Counted from the stretch's first letter, positions 18,609 to 30,281 are shown. The stretch is DNA of 64,000 nucleotides from Gammaproteobacteria bacterium (GCA_035691665.1 DASSIS010000007.1:1549-65548); one strand, 5' to 3'. Notes: generated by a model from the sequence alone, not told the origin. Translations and numbers: made by a program.

Positions 18609-18787
18609 TGTGTCTCGATAATTGTACCGTTACGCCTATCGGGGAGTTCACCCAGGATGCGGCGCCGTTCGTCTTCGCTAAGTCGTAGCCAGCCTGCGAT
18701 CTCGCCGATATGCCGGCGGCAACCCAGGCAGTATTCATCGTCGTCCAGCGCGCAGATACCTATGCAAGGCGATGTGATCGGATCCAT
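18605..18787 (-). CDS. DUF1289 Cys-rich protein
   Basis: MDPITSPCIGICALDDDEYCLGCRRHIGEIAGW; start trimmed to ATG at 18787. Confidence 0.65.
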   Translation of the reverse strand: MDPITSPCIGICALDDDEYCLGCRRHIGEIAGWLRLSEDERRRILGELPDRRNGTIIETQ

Positions 18788-18929
18788 GGTAAGCGGCACG
18801 TATGGCGGGATGATGGCATGGATAGCGGGAAGGATTATACTAATTGTATCGCTTGTCCCGGCCATCCATTTGACACTTGCCGGGACGGCATCTCAGCCTC
18901 CATAAGAATCAGGCAATGAGGAGTATGCG

Positions 18930-19544
18930 ATGAACCCCCTGAACAGTATCAAAGGCACGCTGATCTGCGGTTTCGTGCTTGCCATCGTGATCGCACTCGT
19001 GCTCAACATGGGTGTCGGCACCGTGAATTGGCTGACGCTGGTCCGCTGGATCCACATCCTGGCGGGCATCACCTGGATCGGCCTGCTCTACTACTTCAAC
19101 TTCGTGCAGACCCCGGCCATGGCCGTGGCCGCCGCTGACAAGGGTGGACCCGGCGGCGCCGGCGTCTCCAAATACGTGGCGCCCCTGGCGCTGCTCTGGT
19201 TCCGCTGGTCTGCCCTTCTCACCTGGGTGATGGGTTTCTGCTATCTCGCCTACCGCGGCAGCTTGGGCGCTTTCGCCCTGGGGCTGGAGAAATCCCCGGT
19301 GGACAGCTACGAGCTCACCATCGGCGTCGGCGCCTGGCTCGGCACCATCATGCTGTTCAACGTCTGGGTGCTGATCTGGCCGAACCAGAAGAAGATCCTG
19401 GGCATCGTCTCGGCCACCGACGAGCAGAAGGCCAAGGGCCGCAAGATCGCGGGCATGGCTTCCCGCATCAACACCCTGCTATCCATCCCCATGATCATGT
19501 GCATGGCTTCTGCAAGCCACGGCTTGCCCCTCATCCACGGCTGA
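18930..19544 (+). CDS. integral membrane protein resembling the PuuD (urate hydroxylase) membrane domain
   Basis: 204 aa, 5-6 TM, WIHILAGITWIGLLYYFNFVQTP motif; no cytochrome c domain. Confidence 0.4.
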   Translation: MNPLNSIKGTLICGFVLAIVIALVLNMGVGTVNWLTLVRWIHILAGITWIGLLYYFNFVQTPAMAVAAADKGGPGGAGVSKYVAPLALLWFRWSALLTWVMGFCYLAYRGSLGAFALGLEKSPVDSYELTIGVGAWLGTIMLFNVWVLIWPNQKKILGIVSATDEQKAKGRKIAGMASRINTLLSIPMIMCMASASHGLPLIHG

Positions 19545-19568
19545 GCCGGTCTTTTGAAGCTTGATGGG

Positions 19569-19600
19569 AGGCCCGGCCGCGAGGTCGGGCCTCTTTATTT
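19569..19600 (+). terminator. intrinsic terminator
   Basis: GGCCCGGCC-gcga-GGTCGGGCC then CTCTTTATTT, 25 nt after the stop at 19544. Confidence 0.7.
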
Positions 19601-19635
19601 ATAATAGGCTCCGGTCCCTCACCGGCAGCAGCCCC

Positions 19636-20484
19636 ATGTCCTCCCCCCTGCCCTCCCTGCCATCGGATATCCCGGTCACCGTGAGCCGCGCGCTCGCCGA
19701 GGACATCGGCGATGGCGACCTCACCGCCGCCCTGGTCCCGGCCGCGGGGCGTGCCCGGGGTCGGGTGATCTCCCGGGAACCGGCCGTGCTCTGCGGCACC
19801 GCCTGGTTCGACGAGGTGTTCCGGCAGGTGGATGACGCCATCGGCATCCACTGGGAAGCGGGCGACGGCGAAGCCGTGCATCGCGACCAGGTGCTGTGCC
19901 GCCTCGAAGGTCCGGCTCGGGGCATGCTCACCGGCGAGCGCAGCGCCCTGAACTTCCTCCAGATGCTATCGGCCACCGCGACCGTCGCGCGGCGCTACGC
20001 GGAAGCCGTGCAGGGTACGGGTACCACCATCCTGGACACCCGCAAGACCCTGCCCGGGCTGCGCAACGCCCAGAAGTACGCCGTGCGCTGCGGCGGAGCC
20101 AGCAACTACCGCATGGGGCTCTACGACGGCATCCTAATCAAGGAGAACCACATCATAGCGGCCGGCGGCATCGCCGCCGTGGTCGCCGCAGCGCGCCGGC
20201 AGAGCACCGGGGTGCCGGTGGAAGTGGAGGTGGAGACCCTGCAGCAGGTCAAGGAGGCGCTGGCGGCAGGCGCCGACATCCTGCTGCTGGACAACTTCAA
20301 GCTGGAAGGCATGCGTGAAGCCGTGCAAATCACGGCGCGGCGCGCCAAACTGGAAGCCTCAGGCGGCATCGACATCACCCAGATCAGGGCCGTGGCCGAG
20401 ACCGGCGTCGACTACATCTCCGTGGGGGCGCTCACCAAGGATGTGGACGCGATAGATCTCTCCATGCGCTTCGAATTCGCTTGA
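19636..20484 (+). CDS. nadC: nicotinate-nucleotide pyrophosphorylase (carboxylating)
   Basis: [54 protein letters not shown]. Confidence 0.9.
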   Translation: MSSPLPSLPSDIPVTVSRALAEDIGDGDLTAALVPAAGRARGRVISREPAVLCGTAWFDEVFRQVDDAIGIHWEAGDGEAVHRDQVLCRLEGPARGMLTGERSALNFLQMLSATATVARRYAEAVQGTGTTILDTRKTLPGLRNAQKYAVRCGGASNYRMGLYDGILIKENHIIAAGGIAAVVAAARRQSTGVPVEVEVETLQQVKEALAAGADILLLDNFKLEGMREAVQITARRAKLEASGGIDITQIRAVAETGVDYISVGALTKDVDAIDLSMRFEFA

Positions 20485-20514
20485 CCCCATAAGAATCCAT
20501 CACAAGGAAACGGC

Positions 20515-22929
20515 ATGTCAGGACTGATCTTCGCTCTCATCGTCATCGCCGCCTTCTGGGCCCTGGCGTATTTCGCTGCCCCCCTGTGGCTGTGGACCGC
20601 GGCCGCCACCATCGGCCTCATCGCCGACGGCTGGCTCACCCACGTGCAGCCGACCCTAGCCTGGGTGATCTTCATCGTGCTGGCGGTGCCGCTCAACCTG
20701 CCCCCTCTGCGCCGGATGCTGCTCACCGACCATCTGCTCGGCTGGTTCCGCAGGGTGCTGCCGCCCATCTCCGAGACCGAGCGCATCGCCATCGATGCCG
20801 GCAACACCTGGTGGGATGCGGATCTATTCACCGGCCGGCCGGACTGGAAGAAGCTCCTGGCCACCCCCGCCGCCAACCTCAGCGACGAGGAGCAGGCCTT
20901 CCTGGACGGGCCGGTGGAGGAGTTCTGCAAGTCGCTGGACGATTGGAAGATCACCCATGAGCTCTTCGACCTGACGCCTGAAGCCTGGGAGCTCATCCGC
21001 AAGCACCGCTTCTTCGGCATGATCATCCCCAAGCAATACGGCGGGCACGGCTTCTCCGCCCTCGCCCACTCCACGGTGGTGATGAAGATCGGCACCCGCA
21101 GCACCAGCGCCGCGGTCACGGTCATGGTGCCGAACTCCCTTGGCCCCGGCGAACTGTTGCTGCATTACGGCACCGAGGCCCAGAAGCAACACTACCTGCC
21201 GCGCCTCGCGCGCGCCGAAGAGATCCCCTGCTTTGCCCTCACCGGCCCCTATGTGGGCTCGGATGCCGGTGCGCTGCCGGACAACGGCATCGTCTGCAAG
21301 GGCATGTACCAGGGCAAGGAGACCTTGGGCTTCCGCGTCAACTGGGACAAGCGCTACATCACGCTCGCGCCGGTGGCCACCATCCTGGGCGTGGCCTTCA
21401 AGGCCTTCGACCCGGATCACCTCCTGGGCGACAAGGTCGACCTCGGCATCACCCTCGCGCTCATCCCCACTGACCTGCCGGGCGTGGAGATCGGCAAGCG
21501 CCATAATCCGCTGAACTCGGCGTTCATGAACGGCCCGACCCGCGGCCAGGACGTATTCATCCCCTTCGACTGCCTCATCGGTGGCACCGAGTACATCGGC
21601 CAGGGCTGGAAGATGCTCATGAACTGCCTGTCAGTGGGCCGCGCCATCTCCCTGCCGGCGCTCGGCACCGGCGCCGGGAAGCACGCGAGCCGCGTGACGG
21701 GCGCCTATGGCCGGGTGCGCAAGCAGTTCCGCGTACCCATCGGCAAGTTCGAAGGTGTGGAGGAAGCGCTGGCCCGCATCGGCGCTTACACCTACCGCAT
21801 GGACGCGGCGCGGCGCCTCACCGCGGGCGCCCTCGATCGGGGCGAGAAGCCCTCGGTGCTCTCCGCCATCCTCAAATACCACTGCACGGAAGGCATGCGC
21901 CAGGTGCTGGGCGACGCCATGGACGTGCACGGCGGTCGCGGGGTCATGATGGGCCCGCGCAACTACCTGGCGCGCGGCTACCAGGCGGTGCCCGTGAGCA
22001 TCACCGTGGAAGGCGCCAACATCCTGACCCGTAGCATGATCATCTTCGGCCAAGGCGCGATCCGCGCGCATCCCTACCTGCTGAAGGAGATGGAAGCGGC
22101 TTCCAGCGAGGACCACGCCAAGGCCGCGGTGGAGTTCGACCGGGCGCTCTTCGCCCACATCGGCTTCACCATCAGCAACGCGGCCCGGGCCCTGTTCCTA
22201 GGGCTCACCGGCGCCCTGTTCGTGCCGGCACCCGGGGATTCCGCCACACGCCGCTATTACCGGCAGCTCTCCCGCATGAGCGCAGCCTTCACCTTCACCG
22301 CCGATGTGGGCCTGCTCCTGCTGGGTGGCGAGATGAAGCGCAAGGAGAAGCTCTCGGCCCGCTACGGCGATATCCTGAGCCACCTCTACCTCGCCTCGGC
22401 GGTGCTGAAGCAGTACGAGGACCAAGGCCGGCCCGCGGCGGACCTGCCGCTGGTGGAATGGGCCTGCCAGGATTCGTTGCATGCCATCCAGCAAGCTCTC
22501 GAGGGCCTGCTGCGCAACTTCCCCTCGCGGCCCCTGGGCTGGCTCATGCGCCTCCTGGTCCTACCCTTAGGGCGGCCCTATGCGCCAGTCGGCGACAGGC
22601 TGGGCCATAAGGTAGCTAGCTTGCTGCTCGAGCCCTCTGACGCCCGGGACCGCCTCACCCGCCACGCCTTCACCTCCACCGACCCCAAGGATCCGGTGGG
22701 CCGTATGGAACACGCTTTGAAGCAGACCCTCGCCGCGGAACCCGTGGAAGAGAAGCTGCAGCAGGGTATGAAGAAGCGGCTGACTCCGGCGAACTATATC
22801 GGCCTCGTGGATGAAGCGGTGGCCAAGGGCATCATCGACGCCAAGGAAGCCACGCTGCTGCGCGACACCCATGCGGTGATCCGCGATGCCATCGACGTGG
22901 ACGAGTTCGGGAGCTTGAAGGGAGCCTGA
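20515..22929 (+). CDS. fadE: large acyl-CoA dehydrogenase (FadE type)
   Basis: 804 aa with N-terminal TM segments, central ACAD core and C-terminal FadE-type extension. Confidence 0.85.
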   Translation: MSGLIFALIVIAAFWALAYFAAPLWLWTAAATIGLIADGWLTHVQPTLAWVIFIVLAVPLNLPPLRRMLLTDHLLGWFRRVLPPISETERIAIDAGNTWWDADLFTGRPDWKKLLATPAANLSDEEQAFLDGPVEEFCKSLDDWKITHELFDLTPEAWELIRKHRFFGMIIPKQYGGHGFSALAHSTVVMKIGTRSTSAAVTVMVPNSLGPGELLLHYGTEAQKQHYLPRLARAEEIPCFALTGPYVGSDAGALPDNGIVCKGMYQGKETLGFRVNWDKRYITLAPVATILGVAFKAFDPDHLLGDKVDLGITLALIPTDLPGVEIGKRHNPLNSAFMNGPTRGQDVFIPFDCLIGGTEYIGQGWKMLMNCLSVGRAISLPALGTGAGKHASRVTGAYGRVRKQFRVPIGKFEGVEEALARIGAYTYRMDAARRLTAGALDRGEKPSVLSAILKYHCTEGMRQVLGDAMDVHGGRGVMMGPRNYLARGYQAVPVSITVEGANILTRSMIIFGQGAIRAHPYLLKEMEAASSEDHAKAAVEFDRALFAHIGFTISNAARALFLGLTGALFVPAPGDSATRRYYRQLSRMSAAFTFTADVGLLLLGGEMKRKEKLSARYGDILSHLYLASAVLKQYEDQGRPAADLPLVEWACQDSLHAIQQALEGLLRNFPSRPLGWLMRLLVLPLGRPYAPVGDRLGHKVASLLLEPSDARDRLTRHAFTSTDPKDPVGRMEHALKQTLAAEPVEEKLQQGMKKRLTPANYIGLVDEAVAKGIIDAKEATLLRDTHAVIRDAIDVDEFGSLKGA

Positions 22930-22956
22930 GCGGGGCTTTCGAGGATGCCGTGATGG

Positions 22957-22990
22957 AAAAGCCCCGGGTTTGCCGGGGCTTTTCTTTTTT
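22957..22990. terminator. bidirectional intrinsic terminator (fadE / GGDEF-EAL gene)
   Basis: AAAAGCCCCGG-gtttg-CCGGGGCTTTT with T-run on plus strand and A-run (T on minus) upstream. Confidence 0.8.
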
Positions 22991-25577
22991 ATATCTCGAG
23001 GTCGGGGGCGCCGCGCAACAGCTTATCGCACTGCTCGGCAGGCAGGGGGGGGCTGAACAGGAAACCTTGCATCAGGTGGCAACCCTCGGTCACGAGTTGC
23101 CGCATCTGGCCCACGGTCTCTACTCCTTCCGCGATCACCCGGAACTTGAGCCGGTCCGCGAGCGTGAGGATGGTGCGGGCGATGGCAGCGTCGTACTCGC
23201 TGCTGGCGATCCCCTGCACGAAAGCCCGGTCGATCTTGATGATATCCACCGGCAGATGCTTGATGTACATAAGCGAGGAATGGCCGGTGCCGAAGTCGTC
23301 CAGGGCGATACGCACGCCCAGGGACTTCAGGTCCTCCAGTATGCGGATGCTCGCCTTCACGTCCTGCATGATCAGGCTTTCGGTGATCTCGAACTGCAGC
23401 GCCGAGGGCGGCAGACCCGAGGCCATGAGCGCGTCTTCCACCACCCGCCGCAGGTTCTGCATGGTGAATTGGCGGACCGAGAGGTTCACCGCCACATGCA
23501 GGCGCTTGCCACGCGCCGACTTGTACCAGATGCCGGTCTGGCGGCAGGCCTCTTCCAATACCCATTGTCCCAGCGGGACGATCAGCCCCGTCTCCTCCGC
23601 GAGCTGGATGAACTCGCTGGGCGGCACGAGGCCGAGTTCCGGATCTTGCCAGCGCACCAGCGCTTCCACGCCGACGATACCGCCCTCCTTCACGTCAAAC
23701 TGCGGCTGGTAGTGCAGCACCATCTCATGGTGCCTCAAGGCGCGGCGCAAGGCATTCTCGCTGGAGAGACGCCGCATGGCCTTGGTGTGCATGTCCTGGG
23801 TGAAGAACTGGTAGTTGTTGCGTCCGCGTTCCTTGGCCTTGTACATGGCGCTATCGGCGTTCTGCAACAACGCCTGGGCGGTGGAGCCGTCGCTCGGATA
23901 CATACTCACGCCGATGCTGGCGCCGAGGTTCACCTCCGTGCCTTCGAGCAGGATCGGCTCGGCGAGCGAGGCCAGGATGCGCTCGCAGGTGAGCGTCACG
24001 GACTGGGGTTCGTTGCAATCCTCGGCGATCACCGTGAACTCGTCGCCGCCGAGGCGCGCCACCGTGTCCGAGGTGCGTACACACTCCAGCAAGCGCTGTC
24101 CGATCTGGTAGAGCAGCTGATCGCCGACGTTGTGGCCGAGAGAGTCGTTCACGCTCTTGAACCGGTCCACGTCTATGAACATGAGCGCCAGGGGGCGGCG
24201 TGAGCGGCGCGCTCTGGCCAGGGATTGCTCCATGCGATCCATGAACAAGGTGCGGTTCGGCAGTCCGGTCAAGTGATCGAAGTTGGCGAGGCGGCGCATC
24301 TCCTCTTCGGCCTGCTTGCGGTCCGCGGCCGAGAGCGCCAGGGCCATGAAGTCGGCGAGCGCGCTCGCGTAATTGATCTCCTCCGCGGTCCAGTGCCGTA
24401 CGTCACCGGCCCATTCGTGGAGCACCACGCCGCGCACCTTATAGCCGTGACGGAAGGGCACCACCATAACCGAGTTGATGTTGTACTGCTTGAAGTAGTA
24501 GTGCCAGATCTTGGCGAGGCGCGAGTCACGGCGGATGTCCGGGACCGGTACCGCGCGACTCTGCTGCAACTCCTCGAAGAGCTCGGGGCAGTCATCCTTC
24601 TCGATGTTGGCGCGGGACTGGGTGGAATGGTCGCCGCGATCGAAGGTGTGCACGCAGCGCATGGCGGTGCCGATGGAGTTCATCAGCCAGATGCTGATGC
24701 GTTCGCACTGGGTCGCCTGGGTGGAGCGGGAACTTATGACCTCGAAAGCGGCGCGCAGGTCGCCCGTGGAGATGCTCGGGTCACGGGTCAACTCGTAGAG
24801 CTGAGAATCCTTGTGGCGGGTGCGTTCTTCTTCGCGCTTCAAGCGCGTCTCGAGGCGCGTGCGCTGGTTGGCCTCCGCATCGAGCTCTTCCGCCATGCCC
24901 TCATAAGAGAGCTTGAGCCGGAGCCGCTCGGCGATTTCCTCCTGGCGCGTACGCGCGATGAGGCAGAGGGTCACCGCCACCACGGCACTCACGAGCGCCA
25001 CCAAGATGCCCGAGATGCCCGGTTCCAACGCGAGCCTCAAATCGATGGGCAGGAACAGCACGACGAGGTACATGACGTAGAAGGAGACGCTCCCCGCCAG
25101 CATCACGGAGGGCAAGGCGCCCATGACCACCAGCAGGATCAGCAGCGTGACCTGGTTCTCCATCGAACCGGGGTGGAACATGAACCAACCGGCGGTGCCC
25201 CACACCACGCCGAGCAGCGCAGTGAGCACCAGGAAGACCTTCTGCCAGCGGCTCGCGGTATCGACGGAGGCGATCTCGCCTGCCGCCGAACCCCAACTCA
25301 ACCAGACCCGGACCACGCTCACGAGCGCCATGCATGCGAGCCAGGCCGACATGGCCACGTGGTTGATCTCGGACCAGAAGGCGGCGGCGGCGAGCGCAGC
25401 CGCGCACATGACGGCCAGATCGGTCCAGCCGAATTTGCGTAGTGCGTTCACCCGCGCCAGCTGCACATGCTGGTCGAAGGAGAAGAATTTCTTTACCGGA
25501 TTCTCGGCAGCCATCCTGATTCGCCCCAGCCCCCTGAAGCTGTTCGCCCGCTTAGGTCTGCGGGCCGGCATAGTCAC
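22989..25577 (-). CDS. membrane sensor - GAF - GGDEF - EAL c-di-GMP protein (paralogue 1)
   Basis: 862 aa; ~6 N-terminal TM helices, coiled coil, GAF-like region, [32 protein letters not shown]. Confidence 0.88.
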   Translation of the reverse strand: MTMPARRPKRANSFRGLGRIRMAAENPVKKFFSFDQHVQLARVNALRKFGWTDLAVMCAAALAAAAFWSEINHVAMSAWLACMALVSVVRVWLSWGSAAGEIASVDTASRWQKVFLVLTALLGVVWGTAGWFMFHPGSMENQVTLLILLVVMGALPSVMLAGSVSFYVMYLVVLFLPIDLRLALEPGISGILVALVSAVVAVTLCLIARTRQEEIAERLRLKLSYEGMAEELDAEANQRTRLETRLKREEERTRHKDSQLYELTRDPSISTGDLRAAFEVISSRSTQATQCERISIWLMNSIGTAMRCVHTFDRGDHSTQSRANIEKDDCPELFEELQQSRAVPVPDIRRDSRLAKIWHYYFKQYNINSVMVVPFRHGYKVRGVVLHEWAGDVRHWTAEEINYASALADFMALALSAADRKQAEEEMRRLANFDHLTGLPNRTLFMDRMEQSLARARRSRRPLALMFIDVDRFKSVNDSLGHNVGDQLLYQIGQRLLECVRTSDTVARLGGDEFTVIAEDCNEPQSVTLTCERILASLAEPILLEGTEVNLGASIGVSMYPSDGSTAQALLQNADSAMYKAKERGRNNYQFFTQDMHTKAMRRLSSENALRRALRHHEMVLHYQPQFDVKEGGIVGVEALVRWQDPELGLVPPSEFIQLAEETGLIVPLGQWVLEEACRQTGIWYKSARGKRLHVAVNLSVRQFTMQNLRRVVEDALMASGLPPSALQFEITESLIMQDVKASIRILEDLKSLGVRIALDDFGTGHSSLMYIKHLPVDIIKIDRAFVQGIASSEYDAAIARTILTLADRLKFRVIAEGVETVGQMRQLVTEGCHLMQGFLFSPPLPAEQCDKLLRGAPDLEI

Positions 25578-25638
25578 TCAGGCATTATGTCACATTAAAT
25601 CTAATAGGTTCTAGCTAATCCCTTCGTACCCAAACTAC

Positions 25639-28167
25639 CTAGATTTCCAAGTCAGGCACGCCTTGCAACAGCCTATCGCATTCGGGTTCCGATAGGGGTG
25701 GACTGAACAGATAGCCCTGCATGATGTGACAACCCTGGGCTTTCAGGGTCTCCATCTGCCGCACGGTCTCCACCCCTTCCGCGATCACCTCGAGTTTTAA
25801 GCTCTCTCCCAAGGCGATGATGGCGTGGGCGATGGCGGTGTCGTACTGGCTCTTGTGGATCACGTCCACGAACTCCCGGTCGATCTTGAGCACGTCCACC
25901 GGCAGCCGCTTCAGGTAGAGCAGCGAGGAATGGCCGGTGCCGAAGTCGTCCAGGGCGATGCGCACCCCCAGCATCTTGAGCTGTTCCAGCACGCTGATGT
26001 TGGCCTCCACCTCCTGCATGATCAGGCTCTCGGTGATCTCGAGCTGCAGGGCTGCGGGGGGCAGGCCGGAGTCGCGTAGGGCGGAACGCACCACGTCCAC
26101 CAGGTTCTTCATGCCGAACTGGCGCACCGAGAGGTTCACGGCGATGTGGAAGTGCTGACTCTTGTTCGAGTCATGCCAACGCTTGGCGCGGCGGCAGGCC
26201 TCCTCCAATACCCACTGCCCCAGCGGCACGATCAGCCCCGTCTCCTCCGCCAGCGGGATGAACTCGCCCGGCCAGATGAGCCCGAGCTCCGGGTCCTGCC
26301 AGCGCACCAAGGCCTCGAGGCCCACGATACCGCCGCTTTCGACGTCGAACTGCGGCTGGTAGTGCAGCACCATCTCCGTGCGTTGCAGGGCCTTGCGCAG
26401 GGCGTTCTCCCGGGAAAGGTGCAACATGGCGCGCACGTGCATGTCCTGGGTGAAGAATTGGTAATTGTTGCGTCCCCGCTCCTTAGCCTTGTACATGGCG
26501 CTGTCGGCGTTCTGCAGCAGCAGATCCCCGTCGGCACCGTCGTTGGGATAGAGGCTGATGCCGATGCTGCAGGTGAGGTTCACCTCGGTCTGCCCGAGCG
26601 AGATGGGTTCCACGACCGCCTTCAGGATGCGCTCGCAGGCGGTGGTGATGAACTCTGCGTCCTGGCAGTTCTCCAGGAGTACCGTGAACTCGTCGCCCCC
26701 GAGGCGCGCCACCGTGTCGGAAGCGCGCACGCAGGCCAAGAGGCGTTTGCCGATGGTGCGCAGCACCAGGTCGCCCGCATGGTGCCCCAGGGAATCGTTG
26801 ATGCTCTTGAAGCGATCCACGTCGACGAACAGGATCGCCACCCGCTGGCTTGCCCGGCGCGCCTTGGCGAGCCCCTGAGCCAGGCGGTCCAGGAACAAGG
26901 AGCGGTTCGGCAGGCCCGTGAGGCGGTCGTAATTAGCCATCTCCCGGAGCTTGTCTTCGGCGTCGCGCCGCTCGTTGGCCGTTAGGGCGAGGGAGACGAA
27001 ATCCGCGAGCGAGCTCGCGAAACTGGCCTCGTCCCGGGTCCACTCCCGGACCCCGCCCTGGTATTCATGGGTGATCACTCCGCGCAGCTTCTGACCATGG
27101 CGGAAAGGGGCCACCAGCAGCGCCGTGACGCCGTTCGGGCGCAGGTATTCCTTGAGCTCTCCCACCCGTGGATCCCCGATGGTGTCGCTGATGGCGTAGG
27201 TCCGGGTCTCGTGGATGGCGTCGAACAAAGCCGGGTTGCGGCGACGATCGATCGTCTCCCCTCCTCCGTTGCTGTGCCGCGCACCGTGGAGCACATGGGC
27301 GCAGCGCAGGTTTTCGCCCTTCTCGTCCAGGAACCAGACCGCGATGCGCTTGCAGTGGATGGCCTGGGCAGCCTTCTCGGTGATGACCGTGAGCCCGCCC
27401 TTGAGATCGCCGGCGGAGATGCTGGATTCCCGGGCCAGTTCCAGCAGCGACTGGCTCTGGCGCCGCATGCGCTCCTCGCCTTCCCTGAGCTTGGTCTCCA
27501 CCTGGGTGCGTTCGGACACCTGTCCGGTGAGCTCTTCCACGATGGTGGCGTAGGAAAACCGCAGGTTGAGCCCCTCCAGGAGACGGGCGTTGGCGAGCCG
27601 CGTCACGGCCAAGAAGAGCGCACCCGCGGCCACGAGCAGCAGGGCCACCGCCGCCGCGGTCACATCGCCATACAGAAGGAGGCGGATCGCCGCCGGGATG
27701 AGGGAGAGCACCAGGAAGGCAAGATAGTGCACCAGGCTCGCGCTCAGGAGCGGCACGGCGAGGGCGGCTATCATCGCCAGCAGCAGTGCCGGGAGGCTCA
27801 TCCCCATCCAGCCGTCCCCGCTCAGACAGAGCAAGCCGCAGAGCCCCCAGGCGAGGCCGAGGGCCGCCGTGCTGCCCAGGTAGACCCGGTACCAGCGGGC
27901 CGTGTCTTCCACGGGGATCATCCGCTTCTTGAATACGGATCCCAGGCCTGCGCGCAGGGTCGCGATCAGGCCGAGTGCGGCCGCACATGTGATCAGCATC
28001 ACATGTCCGCCGTCGCGTGCGACCCATATGATGACGAGCGCGGCGAGGAGCCCCGAGCCATCCGCTCCCCAGCTGAAGCGATAGAGCAGGTTGGTCTGTT
28101 CGGCCCTGACCTGCCGCGCGACCTCTTCGTTATGTATTTCCGGGCAGACCGCGGTGGTTATGGGCAC
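25639..28167 (-). CDS. membrane sensor - GAF - GGDEF - EAL c-di-GMP protein (paralogue 2)
   Basis: 842 aa, collinear with the neighbouring gene over the whole length ([16 protein letters not shown], ..[13 protein letters not shown]). Confidence 0.88.
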   Translation of the reverse strand: MPITTAVCPEIHNEEVARQVRAEQTNLLYRFSWGADGSGLLAALVIIWVARDGGHVMLITCAAALGLIATLRAGLGSVFKKRMIPVEDTARWYRVYLGSTAALGLAWGLCGLLCLSGDGWMGMSLPALLLAMIAALAVPLLSASLVHYLAFLVLSLIPAAIRLLLYGDVTAAAVALLLVAAGALFLAVTRLANARLLEGLNLRFSYATIVEELTGQVSERTQVETKLREGEERMRRQSQSLLELARESSISAGDLKGGLTVITEKAAQAIHCKRIAVWFLDEKGENLRCAHVLHGARHSNGGGETIDRRRNPALFDAIHETRTYAISDTIGDPRVGELKEYLRPNGVTALLVAPFRHGQKLRGVITHEYQGGVREWTRDEASFASSLADFVSLALTANERRDAEDKLREMANYDRLTGLPNRSLFLDRLAQGLAKARRASQRVAILFVDVDRFKSINDSLGHHAGDLVLRTIGKRLLACVRASDTVARLGGDEFTVLLENCQDAEFITTACERILKAVVEPISLGQTEVNLTCSIGISLYPNDGADGDLLLQNADSAMYKAKERGRNNYQFFTQDMHVRAMLHLSRENALRKALQRTEMVLHYQPQFDVESGGIVGLEALVRWQDPELGLIWPGEFIPLAEETGLIVPLGQWVLEEACRRAKRWHDSNKSQHFHIAVNLSVRQFGMKNLVDVVRSALRDSGLPPAALQLEITESLIMQEVEANISVLEQLKMLGVRIALDDFGTGHSSLLYLKRLPVDVLKIDREFVDVIHKSQYDTAIAHAIIALGESLKLEVIAEGVETVRQMETLKAQGCHIMQGYLFSPPLSEPECDRLLQGVPDLEI

Positions 28168-28427
28168 GCTCGGGATCTCTGCATGCGTTCTTGAAACGGG
28201 CCACGCATGGGCCCACCCTTATGGTAGACGGCCTTCTCTGGCCCCAACCCCGACCCTTTCAACAAAGAAAGATACTAGTTAACTTAAGGCGACTATACCA
28301 GCGAGTGCATATTACACTTCAGAACCAGGGGATTCTGCGCAACGCATAGACTGATTGCAGTCAACCTCACAGCACATCCCCCGTTAGCTGGACAGAATAC
28401 GCATCAATATAGACCGGGAGCCGATCG

Positions 28428-30281
28428 ATGTACTTCAGACACACTTCACTGCGCATGGCACGGAGCGGCGCGTTCGCCCTGATGTTCCTGCTGACCGCCT
28501 GCGGCGGCTCCAGCTCCTCCACCGGCACCGCTACCACCGATTGCACGCAGCCGAGCACCAGCGATCCGCAAGGCTGCACCTACGTCAGCTTCACCGACGC
28601 ACCCGGCGACTTCCTGACTTACACCGTGACCATCACCTCCCTGAGCCTGACGCGCACGGACGGCACGGTGGTCAACCTGTTGCCCAAGACCACCACCGTG
28701 GACTTCGCGCAGTATGACGACTTGAGCGAATTCTTGACCCTGGCCACCATGCCTATCGGCACCTACAAGACCGGCACCATCACGGTCGATTACAGCAGCG
28801 CGGACATCGAGGTGGAAGACAACAGCGGCAATGCCGTGCAGGTCAAGCCCGTCGACCAGACCGGCAAACCCATCACCGCCCTCACCCTCGCCCTCAAGCT
28901 CGACAGCCAGGGAGACCTGACGCTGGTGCCGGGCGTGCCGCAGCTCTTCCAGGTCGACTTCAACCTGGATGCCTCCAACACCGTCGACCTGACCACCGAT
29001 ACGGTGACCGTGCAGCCCTTCCTGACCGGGAGCATCAACCCCAACCTGGACAACCAGGTGCGGGTGCGTGGCCCCTTGGCGACGGTAGACAGCTCCGGTG
29101 CAGATTTCACGCTGAATGTGCGCCCGTTCGCTCAGCTCAGCGGCGACTACGGCGGCTTGAGGGTGTTCACCACTGACAACACCGTCTTCGACATCGACCA
29201 GACGCCCTACTCCGGTAACGCGGGCCTGACTGCCCTCGCCGCGGCCGGCGCTGACACCGCGGTCGTCGCCAAAGGCAGCTTCAACTTCAACAGTGACACC
29301 TTCATCGCCACCGAGGTGGACGCGGGTTCCAGCGTGCCGGGCGGCACCCTGGATGCGGCGGAGGGCGTGGTGCTGAGCCGCAGCGCCGATTCCATCGTGC
29401 TGCGTGGCGCCACCCTCTACCGGGCTGGGCAGACAGCCACTTTCCATGACAGCGTCGCCGTCACCTTGGCCTCGACCACCAAGGTGCACGAGGCCGGCTC
29501 GCCCAAGGCCAGCTTCGACATCAGCGACATCTCCGTGGGGCAGCGCCTGCTGGTGTTCGGCAAGCTCACGAATACCAACTCCAGCTCCCTGGCGCTCGAT
29601 GCCAGCAGCGGCTTCGCCCGGCTGCTGTACACGCGCTTCGACGGCACCGTATCCTCGGCGCCGGTCACGGGTGGCGGCACGGCGTCCATGGGCGTGCAGA
29701 TGCAATACATCGAAGGCCGGCCCGTCAGCATGTTCAACTTCACGGGCACGGGCACCAGCACGCTCAACGACGCGGACCCCACCAACTATTCGGTTTCCGC
29801 CGCCGGTGGCATCCTGAACGGCATCGCGCTGAATGACCCGGTGCGGGTCTGGGGCTTCGTCACCCCCTTCGGCAGCGCCCCGCCTGACTTCAACGCCACA
29901 AGCGTCGCGGATTACATCGACGCCCGGGCGCGTCTGGTCCTGGCATGGCCTTCTCCCGGTACCGCCAATGCGTTCACCTCCATGAGCAGCATCAGCGGGA
30001 TCGTGCTCAACCTGGCGAGTTCCCCGCTCGTGCATGAAATACGGCAAGGTGGCATCGTGACACAGCTCGCCACCGCACCGACCATACAGGGCACCCTGGG
30101 CGTCTTCGCCATCGACCAGAACGGCATCGTGCAGACCCACGTGACCCTCGACGCCTTCCTCTCGGACCTGACGGCGCGGATGACGGCGGGAGCGAAGATC
30201 AGGCTGTTCTATGCGGGCGGCGGTTATACCGGCAGCACCGCCACCATGAAGGCCAACCTGATCGCTGTCATCCTGCAGTAA
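28428..30281 (+). CDS. large Thr/Ser-rich lipoprotein, possibly DUF4382-type N-terminus
   Basis: Lipobox FLLTACGG; VSFTDAPGDFLTYTVTITSLSL..VVNLLP..TVDF resembles DUF4382; the rest is beta-rich and repetitive. Confidence 0.45.
   Translation: MYFRHTSLRMARSGAFALMFLLTACGGSSSSTGTATTDCTQPSTSDPQGCTYVSFTDAPGDFLTYTVTITSLSLTRTDGTVVNLLPKTTTVDFAQYDDLSEFLTLATMPIGTYKTGTITVDYSSADIEVEDNSGNAVQVKPVDQTGKPITALTLALKLDSQGDLTLVPGVPQLFQVDFNLDASNTVDLTTDTVTVQPFLTGSINPNLDNQVRVRGPLATVDSSGADFTLNVRPFAQLSGDYGGLRVFTTDNTVFDIDQTPYSGNAGLTALAAAGADTAVVAKGSFNFNSDTFIATEVDAGSSVPGGTLDAAEGVVLSRSADSIVLRGATLYRAGQTATFHDSVAVTLASTTKVHEAGSPKASFDISDISVGQRLLVFGKLTNTNSSSLALDASSGFARLLYTRFDGTVSSAPVTGGGTASMGVQMQYIEGRPVSMFNFTGTGTSTLNDADPTNYSVSAAGGILNGIALNDPVRVWGFVTPFGSAPPDFNATSVADYIDARARLVLAWPSPGTANAFTSMSSISGIVLNLASSPLVHEIRQGGIVTQLATAPTIQGTLGVFAIDQNGIVQTHVTLDAFLSDLTARMTAGAKIRLFYAGGGYTGSTATMKANLIAVILQ

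Noticed and set aside
28446-30140. 564-aa minus-strand ORF antisense to the lipoprotein gene
   Set aside because: It has the same high-GC antisense artefact composition. The plus-strand ORF has a lipobox and coherent beta-rich sequence.
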